Shown here: one piece after another, positions 24,433 through 32,000 of the stretch
Numbering within the stretch: position 1 is the first letter of the stretch
Layout of the letters: each line of letters starts with the position of its first letter
NCBI GenBank assembly: GCA_964565725.1
Contig: CAZMGA010000006.1
Coordinates: 1 to 32,000, forward strand
Direction of reading: 5' to 3'
Source of the DNA: an uncultured archaeon
Lineage (GTDB): Archaea; Iainarchaeota; Iainarchaeia; Iainarchaeales; 0-14-0-20-30-16
DNA: 32,000 bases
Translations under genes and position numbers: made by a program
The notes under the pieces: model-generated
Told to the model about the DNA's origin: nothing
What the model saw: only the letters and a program-made list of their open reading frames with translations
Databases searched by the model: none

Positions 24433-26810
24433 TTTTTTATAATTATATTTTCAACAAATAATATTTTGTTAATTGCTTCTTTTTCATTATTATTTAAAGA
24501 ATAATTACCTTCAATAGTTATTTCTTTTATTGGTTCTTTCATAGATAATTGATTTTGACTTTTGTATTTTCTTATGTAGGATATTATTTCTTTGAAATCT
24601 TCACCTTTTTTAATATAATCTAAATTTATGTTATCATATTCTTGTATAGGTACAAAACAAATAGATTTTTCATTGTTATATTTTTCAAATAATCTTTTAT
24701 AAACATCTTCACATACAAAAGGTAAAAATATAGATAATTGATTTATAATTTCAAAACTTATTTTATAAATTGTATTTGCTAATTCTTCTTTTTCTTCTTT
24801 TGAACCATTATAAAATCTATATTTTATAAATTCTAAATAATTATCGCAAAAGTCAATATAAAAAAAGTCTCTTAATCTTTGTATGGTGTGAGTATAATCA
24901 TATTTTTGCATATCTAAATTATTATCATTAGTAATTTTATATAATTTATTTAATATCCATAAATCTATAAAATTTTTAGATTCAATATTAGGAATACTTT
25001 CAAAATCTTTTAATACTAATTCAACAAAGTTCATAGAGTTTATTAATTTAACAATCATCTTTTTTCCTGCTAACAATTCTTGTTCTGAATAAGGAATGTC
25101 TTCACCTAAAGTTACTTGTGCACACCAATATCTAAATGGATCTTTACCAAAGTTATCTACTACTTTTATAGGATCAATTCCATTACCTTTACTTTTAGAC
25201 ATTTTATTTCCTTGACTATCTAAAACGTGTCCATGAACTAATAAATTGTTCCAAGGTAATTTATTTGTGTGATATAAACTTTTTACAATTGTATTAAATG
25301 CCCATAATGTTATAATATCGTGGCCTTGTGGTCTAAAACTCATAGGTATACTTTTAGAAGTATCTTTTTCAGGCCAGCCCATATTTATTAAAGGTGTTAA
25401 TGCTGATGTAGACCAAGTGTCCATAATATTTTTATCTGGTATAAATTCATTACAACCACAATCACAATTTTTATTTGGTTGTGTTTCTTCTGGATATATT
25501 GGTAAATCTTCATATTCTGCAAAAATTGGTTTTCCACAATTTTTACAATACCATACAGGAAAAGGAACTCCAGAATATCTTTGTCTTGATATACACCAAT
25601 TCCATTGTAAATTTTTTACCCAATTGTCATATCTTACTTTCATATAACGAGGTACCCAATTAATTTTTTCAGCTTCTGTTATAAAATAGTCTTTATCATC
25701 TAAATAATTTACATACCATTGATCAGTAACAATTATTTCTACTGCTGTTCCACATCTTTCATGACAATTTACTATATGTTTTAAAGGTTTTTGATTAATT
25801 AATAAGTTTTCTTTTTTTAAGTCTTCAATTATTTCTTTTCTTGCATCTAATATTTTCATATTCTCATATTTACCACAAATAGATGTCATTCGTCCATGTT
25901 TAGATATTGCTTCTTTTAATTCTAATTTATAACTTTTGTACCATTCCATATCTGTTTGATCTCCAAAGGTACAACACATTACTATTCCAGTTCCTTTATC
26001 TATAGCAACTCTATTATCTGAATATATTTTTACCCAATGATTAAATAAAGGTACTTGTGCTTTTTTTCCTATTAATTCTTTATATCTGTTATCATCAGGA
26101 TTTACAAATATTGCTACGCAAGCTGGTAAAAACTCAGGCCTAGTTGTTGCAATAATAATTTCTTTGCCATTTTCCAATTTAAAAATTAAATCATTAAAAT
26201 AAGTATCTTTTTCTATATCTTCTAATTCTGCTTGACTTATTGCAGTTTGACAATTAGTACACCATAATATAGGCCCTTTTTCTAAATAAACCTTATTTTT
26301 TTTATATAAATCTAAAAAAGAATATTGTGATACTTTAATTACTTCTGGGCTAATTGTTCTGTATAATAAATCCCAATCACAACTTAAACCTAAACTTTTA
26401 AAATCATCAATAATTAATTCTTCTGCTTTTTTTGTATTTTCTAAACAAATCTTAACAAATTCTGATTTTTCTAAATCTTTTGCTCTTACATTTGCATTTT
26501 TTTCTGCTAATAATTCTGTAGGTATTCCATTATCATCTAAACCAAAAGGATAAAATATATTATATCCCTTTTTTCTATAATATCTCACTATAAAATCAGC
26601 TATAGTATAACCATAAGCATGACCTATATGCATTCTTCCAGAAACTGTTGGTGGTGGAGTATCTACACTAAATATTGGTTTTTTATCCTCTTTATAACTA
26701 AATAGTTTTTCTTTTTCCCAAAAAGTCCAAATATCTTTTTCTGTTTCTTTATAATCTTTTTTTTGTATTGTAATTTTGTCTTTTTCTGTTTTTTCTAAAT
26801 TATTGTTCAT
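24429..26810 (-). CDS. valS: Valyl-tRNA synthetase (class Ia; compact archaeal type)
   Basis: HIGH region TPPPTVSGRMHIGHAYGYT, FGLDDNGIPTE, an editing-domain TFGDQTDMEW-type segment, WCISRQRYSGVPFPVWYC and KMSKS (NKMSKSKGN). The choice of ValRS over IleRS/LeuRS rests on motif recall. Confidence 0.8.
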   Translation of the reverse strand: MNNNLEKTEKDKITIQKKDYKETEKDIWTFWEKEKLFSYKEDKKPIFSVDTPPPTVSGRMHIGHAYGYTIADFIVRYYRKKGYNIFYPFGLDDNGIPTELLAEKNANVRAKDLEKSEFVKICLENTKKAEELIIDDFKSLGLSCDWDLLYRTISPEVIKVSQYSFLDLYKKNKVYLEKGPILWCTNCQTAISQAELEDIEKDTYFNDLIFKLENGKEIIIATTRPEFLPACVAIFVNPDDNRYKELIGKKAQVPLFNHWVKIYSDNRVAIDKGTGIVMCCTFGDQTDMEWYKSYKLELKEAISKHGRMTSICGKYENMKILDARKEIIEDLKKENLLINQKPLKHIVNCHERCGTAVEIIVTDQWYVNYLDDKDYFITEAEKINWVPRYMKVRYDNWVKNLQWNWCISRQRYSGVPFPVWYCKNCGKPIFAEYEDLPIYPEETQPNKNCDCGCNEFIPDKNIMDTWSTSALTPLINMGWPEKDTSKSIPMSFRPQGHDIITLWAFNTIVKSLYHTNKLPWNNLLVHGHVLDSQGNKMSKSKGNGIDPIKVVDNFGKDPFRYWCAQVTLGEDIPYSEQELLAGKKMIVKLINSMNFVELVLKDFESIPNIESKNFIDLWILNKLYKITNDNNLDMQKYDYTHTIQRLRDFFYIDFCDNYLEFIKYRFYNGSKEEKEELANTIYKISFEIINQLSIFLPFVCEDVYKRLFEKYNNEKSICFVPIQEYDNINLDYIKKGEDFKEIISYIRKYKSQNQLSMKEPIKEITIEGNYSLNNNEKEAINKILFVENIIIKN

Positions 26811-26990
26811 TCTTCCACCATTTTTAAATTTTATTTATAAGTTTATTATAATATAAATTAATTAAATAACAAATAAAATATAATATTTTACATTTTAATA
26901 ATAAATATTATTAATAACTATATATAAAGTTTATGTGTTTTAAATTAATATGAATAATTAATTATATTTAGTATTTTATTAGTGATGTAT

Positions 26991-28436
26991 ATGAATGAAT
27001 TAAATAATTTAGCATTAAGAAGGAATATTATTTTTCCATGTAATGAAATTTATCCTAATAGTCCTGCTGGATTTTATGATTACGGCCCAATTGGTTTAAA
27101 AATAAAAAATAATTTAATAAATTTTTGGAGAAAAGAATTTTTAGAGGATTTAAATGCTTTAGAAATTGATGGTTGTCAAATACTTCCAGAACCAATTTTT
27201 AAAGCATCAGGACATTTAGATGGTTTTTTTGATCCTGTTTTAAAATGTTCAAAATGTGGTTTGTTTTATAGAGCCGATAAATTTTTAGAAAGTAAAAATA
27301 TAGTTATAGGTGAAAAAACACCTTTAAATGAAATAGATTCTATAATTAAAGACAATAATTTAAATTGTGAAAAATGTAAATCCCATTTTGAAAAAGCATT
27401 TCATTCTAGTTTAATGTTTGATTTAAATATTGGAACTAATAAAGATAAAGGATATTTGAGACCCGAAGCTTGTCAGAACATATTTTTAGATTTTTTGAGA
27501 ATTTATAAAGGTTCTAGAAGAAATTTACCTTTGCCTATAGCTCAAATTGGTAAAGCGTTTAGAAATGAAATAAGCCCTAGAAATGGAATAATAAGAGGTA
27601 GGGAATTCACTCAAATGGATATAGAAGTGTTTTTTGATCCTTCAGAAATTAATAATTTTGATTATTCTAAATATTTAGATTTAGAATTGCCAGTTTATTT
27701 ATTAAATGGCAAAGACCAAGAATTTATTAAAATAAAAGACTTAATTAATAGCAAGAAATTAAATTATGGTGTAGAAATTTATTACATTATTAAAGAATAT
27801 TTATTTTTTGTAAAAATGGGCATAACTAAAGAAAAAATGAGATTCAAAGAAGTATCTATAGAAGATAGACCGTTTTATTCTTTAACTACATGGGACTTTG
27901 AAGTATACGTAAAGGATTTAGGTTGGGTTGAACTAGTTGCTAATAATTATAGAACTGATCATGATTTAAAAGGTCATCAAGAAGTATCTAAAACAAAATT
28001 AGAAGTAATTAGTAATGATAAAAAAGTATTGCCACACGTTTTTGAAATTTCTATGGGTACAGATAGAATATTATATTCTTTATTAGCTAATAATTTAGAA
28101 GGTAATGATGAAAAGTTAGTTTTAAAGTTAAATGAATACATTACGCCTTATCATTTAGCAATATTTCCTTTGGTAAATAAAGATGGATTAGATAATATTG
28201 CTAAAAACATATATAATTTATTAAATAAGCATTATTCTGTAATTTATGATGATAAGGGTAGTATTGGTAAGAGATATGCTAGAGTAGATGAAATAGGAGT
28301 AAGATATTGTTTAACTGTTGATTTTGAGTCGAAAGAAAAAAATACTATAACTATAAGAGATTCTTGGACTACTAAACAAGAAATAATTAACATTTCTGAA
28401 ATAGAAGATTTTTTGGTAAAAAAATTTAAAAATTAA
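26991..28436 (+). CDS. glyS: Glycyl-tRNA synthetase (alpha2, archaeal/eukaryotic type)
   Basis: LALRRNIIFPCNEIYPNSPAGFYDYGPIGLKIKNNLINFWRKEF, class II motif 2 FRNEISPRNGIIRGREFTQMD, motif 3 GTDRILYS and an anticodon-binding C-terminus. ATG 26991 is preferred over GTG 26982. Confidence 0.9.
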   Translation: MNELNNLALRRNIIFPCNEIYPNSPAGFYDYGPIGLKIKNNLINFWRKEFLEDLNALEIDGCQILPEPIFKASGHLDGFFDPVLKCSKCGLFYRADKFLESKNIVIGEKTPLNEIDSIIKDNNLNCEKCKSHFEKAFHSSLMFDLNIGTNKDKGYLRPEACQNIFLDFLRIYKGSRRNLPLPIAQIGKAFRNEISPRNGIIRGREFTQMDIEVFFDPSEINNFDYSKYLDLELPVYLLNGKDQEFIKIKDLINSKKLNYGVEIYYIIKEYLFFVKMGITKEKMRFKEVSIEDRPFYSLTTWDFEVYVKDLGWVELVANNYRTDHDLKGHQEVSKTKLEVISNDKKVLPHVFEISMGTDRILYSLLANNLEGNDEKLVLKLNEYITPYHLAIFPLVNKDGLDNIAKNIYNLLNKHYSVIYDDKGSIGKRYARVDEIGVRYCLTVDFESKEKNTITIRDSWTTKQEIINISEIEDFLVKKFKN

Positions 28437-28600
28437 TAATAAATTACGGTAATTATTTTAAAGGAAAACGTTAAAAAACTTAATAGTAATTACTTTTTTG
28501 TTAAGAAAAAGTAATAAAAAACATTAAAAAGTTAAAAAAGTTAAATAAGTTTTTTTTAAATAAACTCATATTATTATAGTATAAGAAACTCTTATTAAAA

Positions 28601-28673
28601 GGGTTTTCCTTCCGACTCTAAAACATTGTGTAAAAGGGGAGCTAAACTGTTGCAACAGGTCCCTGGCTTCCCT
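28601..28673. ncRNA. Candidate structured RNA or regulatory element (GC-rich island in an AT-rich spacer); function and strand unknown
   Basis: A 73-nt segment, much more GC-rich than its surroundings. A 7-bp stem GGGGAGC (28636-28642) / GCTTCCC (28666-28672) encloses the perfect 12-nt palindrome CTGTTGCAACAG (28647-28658). An upstream CCTTCC (28608-28613) could pair alternatively with the GGGG segment. Confidence 0.25.
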
Positions 28674-28725
28674 AAAAAAACAAATTTTGTAGATTTATTT
28701 ATAATCATATAAGTTATATTTATTT

Positions 28726-30084
28726 ATGCCAAAAAGCAAGCCTAAAGAAATCAATAGAAGAAAAGAAGAAATAAAAATAAAAAAGTCTACAAAGATAAAA
28801 GTAGATATAAAATCTAGTTTTAAAGAGAATTTAGAGTTAATATCAAAAAGGTTGTCTATTGATAAAAATTTGAATGTATTTAATTCTAAATTAATAAAAG
28901 ATTATTTAGATTTTTCAAAATCTATAGGTATTAGAGAATTAGATGCTAAAAAAATATTATTTGATTCTATTTTTGATAAAATTAAACATAATTCAATACT
29001 TTTAGATAAGCTACATAACTATTTTAAAGAGTTTGTTAATAAAGATGTTTTATTTAGGCTTCATATAATTAATAATTACTTAAAAAATAAAAATTATAAA
29101 ATTGTAGAAGAATTATTATTAAAAACTTTTAGTAGGTTTAATTTAAGGATAGAAAATAGCGATTTAATTCCAATTTTGCAAAGTGTAAATTATTTTCATA
29201 TCTTATTGTCAGAATATAAAGTAAATGAATTAATAATTAAGGCTTATACTGGCACAATTAATAAATTAAATAGTTCATTAAAAAAATTAAATCTTTCTGA
29301 AGAATATAAAAATAAAATAAATGAATTAAATAATAAAATTTTAGATATCTTCTCTAAAAATTATAATGAATTATCTTTAGAAAAACTAAAAAAAGAGGTA
29401 TACATAAATGAAGATTTATATAAACAAGGTAAAATGACTATTACTGAATATGAAGGTTTTATATTAGATACTTTTTCAATTGCTAATAAATTAGGCTTAA
29501 ATAAGTTTGCTTTTCAAATATTAAAGAAATTATCTAAGAATTATAAAAACGAATTGTTAATAACGCTTTTAAACGCAGAATCAGGTAATTTTGAATTGGC
29601 ATTTAAAAATTTAAATAGATTAAAAAGTAATCCTACTTTTAAAGAAGAATTATATTTTAATATAAAAGAAATATTAATTTCTCATGTAAATACAAAAAAT
29701 AATTTTGCTATTGAAAGATTATATAAATTTGTGAACTTAATTTTTAATAAATATATCCCTATTGATATTGAAGCACATTTTTTTGATGCTTTTTTGAATA
29801 CTAATAATTTTGAATATTATTTTGTAAGTATAAAAAGATTTAAGAAAAATATGTTATTAGAATCAGATGGTTTAGATGGTTTAATAGATGAGTGTTTTTC
29901 TTCTTATTTTAAAGCTTATGATAAATTTAAAGATCCAGCTATAAAAAATATTTTAGTTAAAGAATTATTAAATTTAAAAGAAATTACTAGTAATTCAGGT
30001 AATATTTCACCTTATGTCAAAAATCATTTGAAACATCTACAAGAACTTTTACAAGAACTTATTGAATTAAGAAAAGCTAATTAA
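28726..30084 (+). CDS. Hypothetical all-helical (repeat-like) protein with a basic N-terminus
   Basis: 452-aa ORF with N-terminal MPKSKPKEINRRKEEIKIKK, then Leu/Lys/Asn-rich helical sequence. TATA-like TTTATTTATAA lies ~25 nt upstream of the ATG, suggesting a leaderless transcript. I recognise no motif. Confidence 0.5.
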   Translation: MPKSKPKEINRRKEEIKIKKSTKIKVDIKSSFKENLELISKRLSIDKNLNVFNSKLIKDYLDFSKSIGIRELDAKKILFDSIFDKIKHNSILLDKLHNYFKEFVNKDVLFRLHIINNYLKNKNYKIVEELLLKTFSRFNLRIENSDLIPILQSVNYFHILLSEYKVNELIIKAYTGTINKLNSSLKKLNLSEEYKNKINELNNKILDIFSKNYNELSLEKLKKEVYINEDLYKQGKMTITEYEGFILDTFSIANKLGLNKFAFQILKKLSKNYKNELLITLLNAESGNFELAFKNLNRLKSNPTFKEELYFNIKEILISHVNTKNNFAIERLYKFVNLIFNKYIPIDIEAHFFDAFLNTNNFEYYFVSIKRFKKNMLLESDGLDGLIDECFSSYFKAYDKFKDPAIKNILVKELLNLKEITSNSGNISPYVKNHLKHLQELLQELIELRKAN

Positions 30085-30920
30085 AGATTATCTAACGGAT
30101 TTTTTGTTTTTTTAATTTCGTCATTACTTACTTTAGTATATATTTGAGTTGTAGATATATTAGAATGACCTAATAATGTTTGAATTGTTCTTAAATTTTC
30201 ACCAGAATCCAATAAATGGGTAGCAAAAGAGTGCCTTAAACAATGTGGGCTCACATCTTTTTGGATATTAGCTAATTTAGCAGATTCTTTAATTATTTTT
30301 TCAATTGTATCTGTTGAAAATGGTTTGCCATTAAGCTTTGCGAAGACATATTCAGAGCTATATTTCTTATTATATTTTAATCTATACTTATTATAGTTTA
30401 TAATCCATTTTTTTGATAAAATAATGTTTCTATCTTTATTACCCTTGCCTTCTATTACTTTTCCAATAGCATTTTCAAAATCTAAATCATTTATTTTTAA
30501 TCTACATAATTCAGATACTCTTAATCCAGAACTATATAACAATTCTAACATTAGACGATTTCTTATATCTTTAGTTTGTTCGAATAATCTTTTTGTTTCT
30601 TCTTTTGTTAATACTGTAGGCAAATATTTTTCTTTTTTTGGTAATTTAAAATCATCCATTATATTTAAATGTAAATATTGTTTATATAAAAATTTTATAG
30701 CAAAAAAAATCATTGACAAAGAAGTATTTTTAACATTTTGTTTCTTTTGGGCTAGGTATTTTATAATAAATTCCTTAGTTTCTTTTTTATCTAAAGTATA
30801 ATCTAAATTCTGATTTTTAGCAAATTTTAAAAATTCTGAAATATATAATAAATACTGATTTATTGTTTTTTCAGTATAACCTCTAATAATTAATTCGTTT
30901 TTTATTTTTTCTAAATCCAT
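30081..30920 (-). CDS. xerA: Tyrosine recombinase, XerA/XerC/XerD-like
   Basis: N-terminal SAM-like core-binding domain (LIIRGYTEKTINQYLLYISEFLKF). Catalytic residues appear in order: SGLRVSELCRL (Arg), HCLRHSFATHLL (HxxR), LGHSNISTTQIYTKV (His...Tyr). Confidence 0.85.
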   Translation of the reverse strand: MDLEKIKNELIIRGYTEKTINQYLLYISEFLKFAKNQNLDYTLDKKETKEFIIKYLAQKKQNVKNTSLSMIFFAIKFLYKQYLHLNIMDDFKLPKKEKYLPTVLTKEETKRLFEQTKDIRNRLMLELLYSSGLRVSELCRLKINDLDFENAIGKVIEGKGNKDRNIILSKKWIINYNKYRLKYNKKYSSEYVFAKLNGKPFSTDTIEKIIKESAKLANIQKDVSPHCLRHSFATHLLDSGENLRTIQTLLGHSNISTTQIYTKVSNDEIKKTKNPLDNL

Positions 30921-31132
30921 AATACAAAAACTATAAAAACTATAAATAGGTTTTCTTTATACATAATTTAAAATTTTAGTATCTTTTTTAATAAAAAGTT
31001 AACTATAAATTTGATTTATATATATTTTGTTAAAAATTCCTTCGTAAAAAATCGGGATAATAAAGATTATGCCGAATTTTAGTTAATTTTATAAAAAATA
31101 GAGTTTTAAATAAGAAAGTTATGTAGATAACG

Positions 31133-31489
31133 TTAATTATCTACTTTTATTGTAAATTCTTTTTTATATTCCTTTTCAATATAATTATAATCTTCAGTAT
31201 GTTCTGTGAAAATTATTCTTGCAGGAAAATCATGAGGTACTGTTTGAGTTTTTGGAAAAATATCAAAATAATAAATTTTTGTTTTATTAGCCTCAATTTC
31301 ACCTAATTTTCTTTCTAAACTGTTAGCTAAACCAGTCTTTTCAACACTTAAATATTTACTAACTAAAAATTTTACTGATATTAATTTAGTAATATCTGAA
31401 TTATTAGTTATTTCTGCTCTTAAAGATACTGGTTGTTTATTACTTAAAGACATTCTGAAAGGCAGTAATACTGTTTTTATTGTTAACAT
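31133..31489 (-). CDS. Hypothetical small beta-rich protein (Ig-like/CARDB-like by eye)
   Basis: 118-aa ORF with alternating-pattern strands (VSLRAEITNNSD, ISVKFLVSK, KIYYFDIFP, ARIIFTEH). No signal peptide is seen. The family is not recognised. Confidence 0.45.
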   Translation of the reverse strand: MLTIKTVLLPFRMSLSNKQPVSLRAEITNNSDITKLISVKFLVSKYLSVEKTGLANSLERKLGEIEANKTKIYYFDIFPKTQTVPHDFPARIIFTEHTEDYNYIEKEYKKEFTIKVDN

Positions 31490-31569
31490 TTATATCACCC
31501 ATATTATATATATAATATTATAAGTATAATATATAATAAGTATTTAAAAGTTTTGTGTCTGATTATACT

Positions 31570-32000
31570 ATGTTAACATTAATTTTATCTAAAAATAATG
31601 AGTTTAGTAATATATTATTTAATTATCTATTAGATAATAGTTTATTAACTAATGTAAATGAATTGTATTACTATAACAATATACCTATAAAATTTTTTGA
31701 CAATTTTTTAGATATTAAAGATTCTGAATTAGAAAATAATGAATATATTGTGTTATCTAGTCATAAATCTACGACTCAAACAGAAGATTCTATTTCAATT
31801 CACTTTCCTGGTAATTTTAATACTGCTGAATTATTTGGAGAAAATTATAAATTATCTTTAGCAAATATAAATTATTTTAATAAGTTATATCATATTTTAA
31901 AAAATAATATTAATAAAGATTTGAAATTTTGGATAGAAGTAACTCATCATGGGCCTAGTGTAAATAAAGAAATAATGTTTTATGAAATAGGGCCAAATTC
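31570..32000 (+). CDS. dtdA: D-aminoacyl-tRNA deacylase, archaeal type (DtdA/DTD2); 3'-truncated by the window end
   Basis: The open frame from ATG 31570 runs to the window edge (not in the ORF track). SSHKSTTQTEDSISIHFPGNF...AELFGENYKLSLAN...FWIEVTHHGPSVNKEIMFYEIGP matches the SxH...HxxGN...ExTHHGP...EIG pattern of DTD2. Confidence 0.7.
   Translation, partial: MLTLILSKNNEFSNILFNYLLDNSLLTNVNELYYYNNIPIKFFDNFLDIKDSELENNEYIVLSSHKSTTQTEDSISIHFPGNFNTAELFGENYKLSLANINYFNKLYHILKNNINKDLKFWIEVTHHGPSVNKEIMFYEIGPN

Noticed and set aside
25417-25663. Two plus-strand ORFs (25417-25647 and 25475-25663)
   Set aside because: Both are antisense within valS.
28601-28673. tRNA gene, or a Nanoarchaeum-style split tRNA half
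   Set aside because: The length is tRNA-like, but the 5' and 3' ends are not complementary on either strand. There is no T-loop (GTTCRAATC-like) or D-loop GG signature, and U8 is absent. It is kept only as an unclassified structured element.
30424-30801. 125-aa plus-strand ORF
   Set aside because: It is antisense within the tyrosine recombinase gene.
1-32000. CRISPR arrays, transposases/IS elements, toxin-antitoxin pairs and restriction-modification genes
   Set aside because: I scanned for regularly spaced direct repeats and for characteristic motifs and found none. The only recombinase is the XerA-like gene.

Overview
This is an AT-rich (roughly 25% GC outside the rRNA), very gene-dense archaeal chromosome segment. 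The gene set points to a small-genome DPANN-like archaeon: MCM, TBP, Kae1, Pth2, SecE-Spt5, the uL11/uL1/P0/P1 stalk, FtsZ, archaeal-type ValRS and GlyRS, DtdA and an AMP-phosphorylase pathway pair. That taxonomic placement is inference, not a database result. The window opens inside a 23S rRNA (1-~1787) and then carries about 38 protein genes. I saw no tRNA, 5S rRNA, CRISPR array or transposase. The items most worth a second look are listed here. (1) An unannotated phosphoribosyltransferase gene on the minus strand (4207-4748) is broken by a homopolymer frameshift and an in-frame TGA. (2) The 23S rRNA appears substituted at several normally invariant core positions. (3) The secE-spt5-rpl11 / rpl1-rplP0-rpl12 cluster is split into two convergent blocks around a short Nudix gene, with a strongly degenerate uL11 and a P0 lacking its C-terminal tail. 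(4) Two tightly packed clusters of lineage-specific genes sit at 4799-7891 and 22044-24432. They encode surface or membrane proteins, very basic proteins and small zinc-ribbon proteins. (5) A roughly 73-nt GC-rich structured island (28601-28673) opens a 3-kb accessory-looking block with a XerA-like tyrosine recombinase between glyS and dtdA. I cannot assign a function to any of the candidate novel systems from sequence alone. They are flagged as hypotheses with explicit tests.
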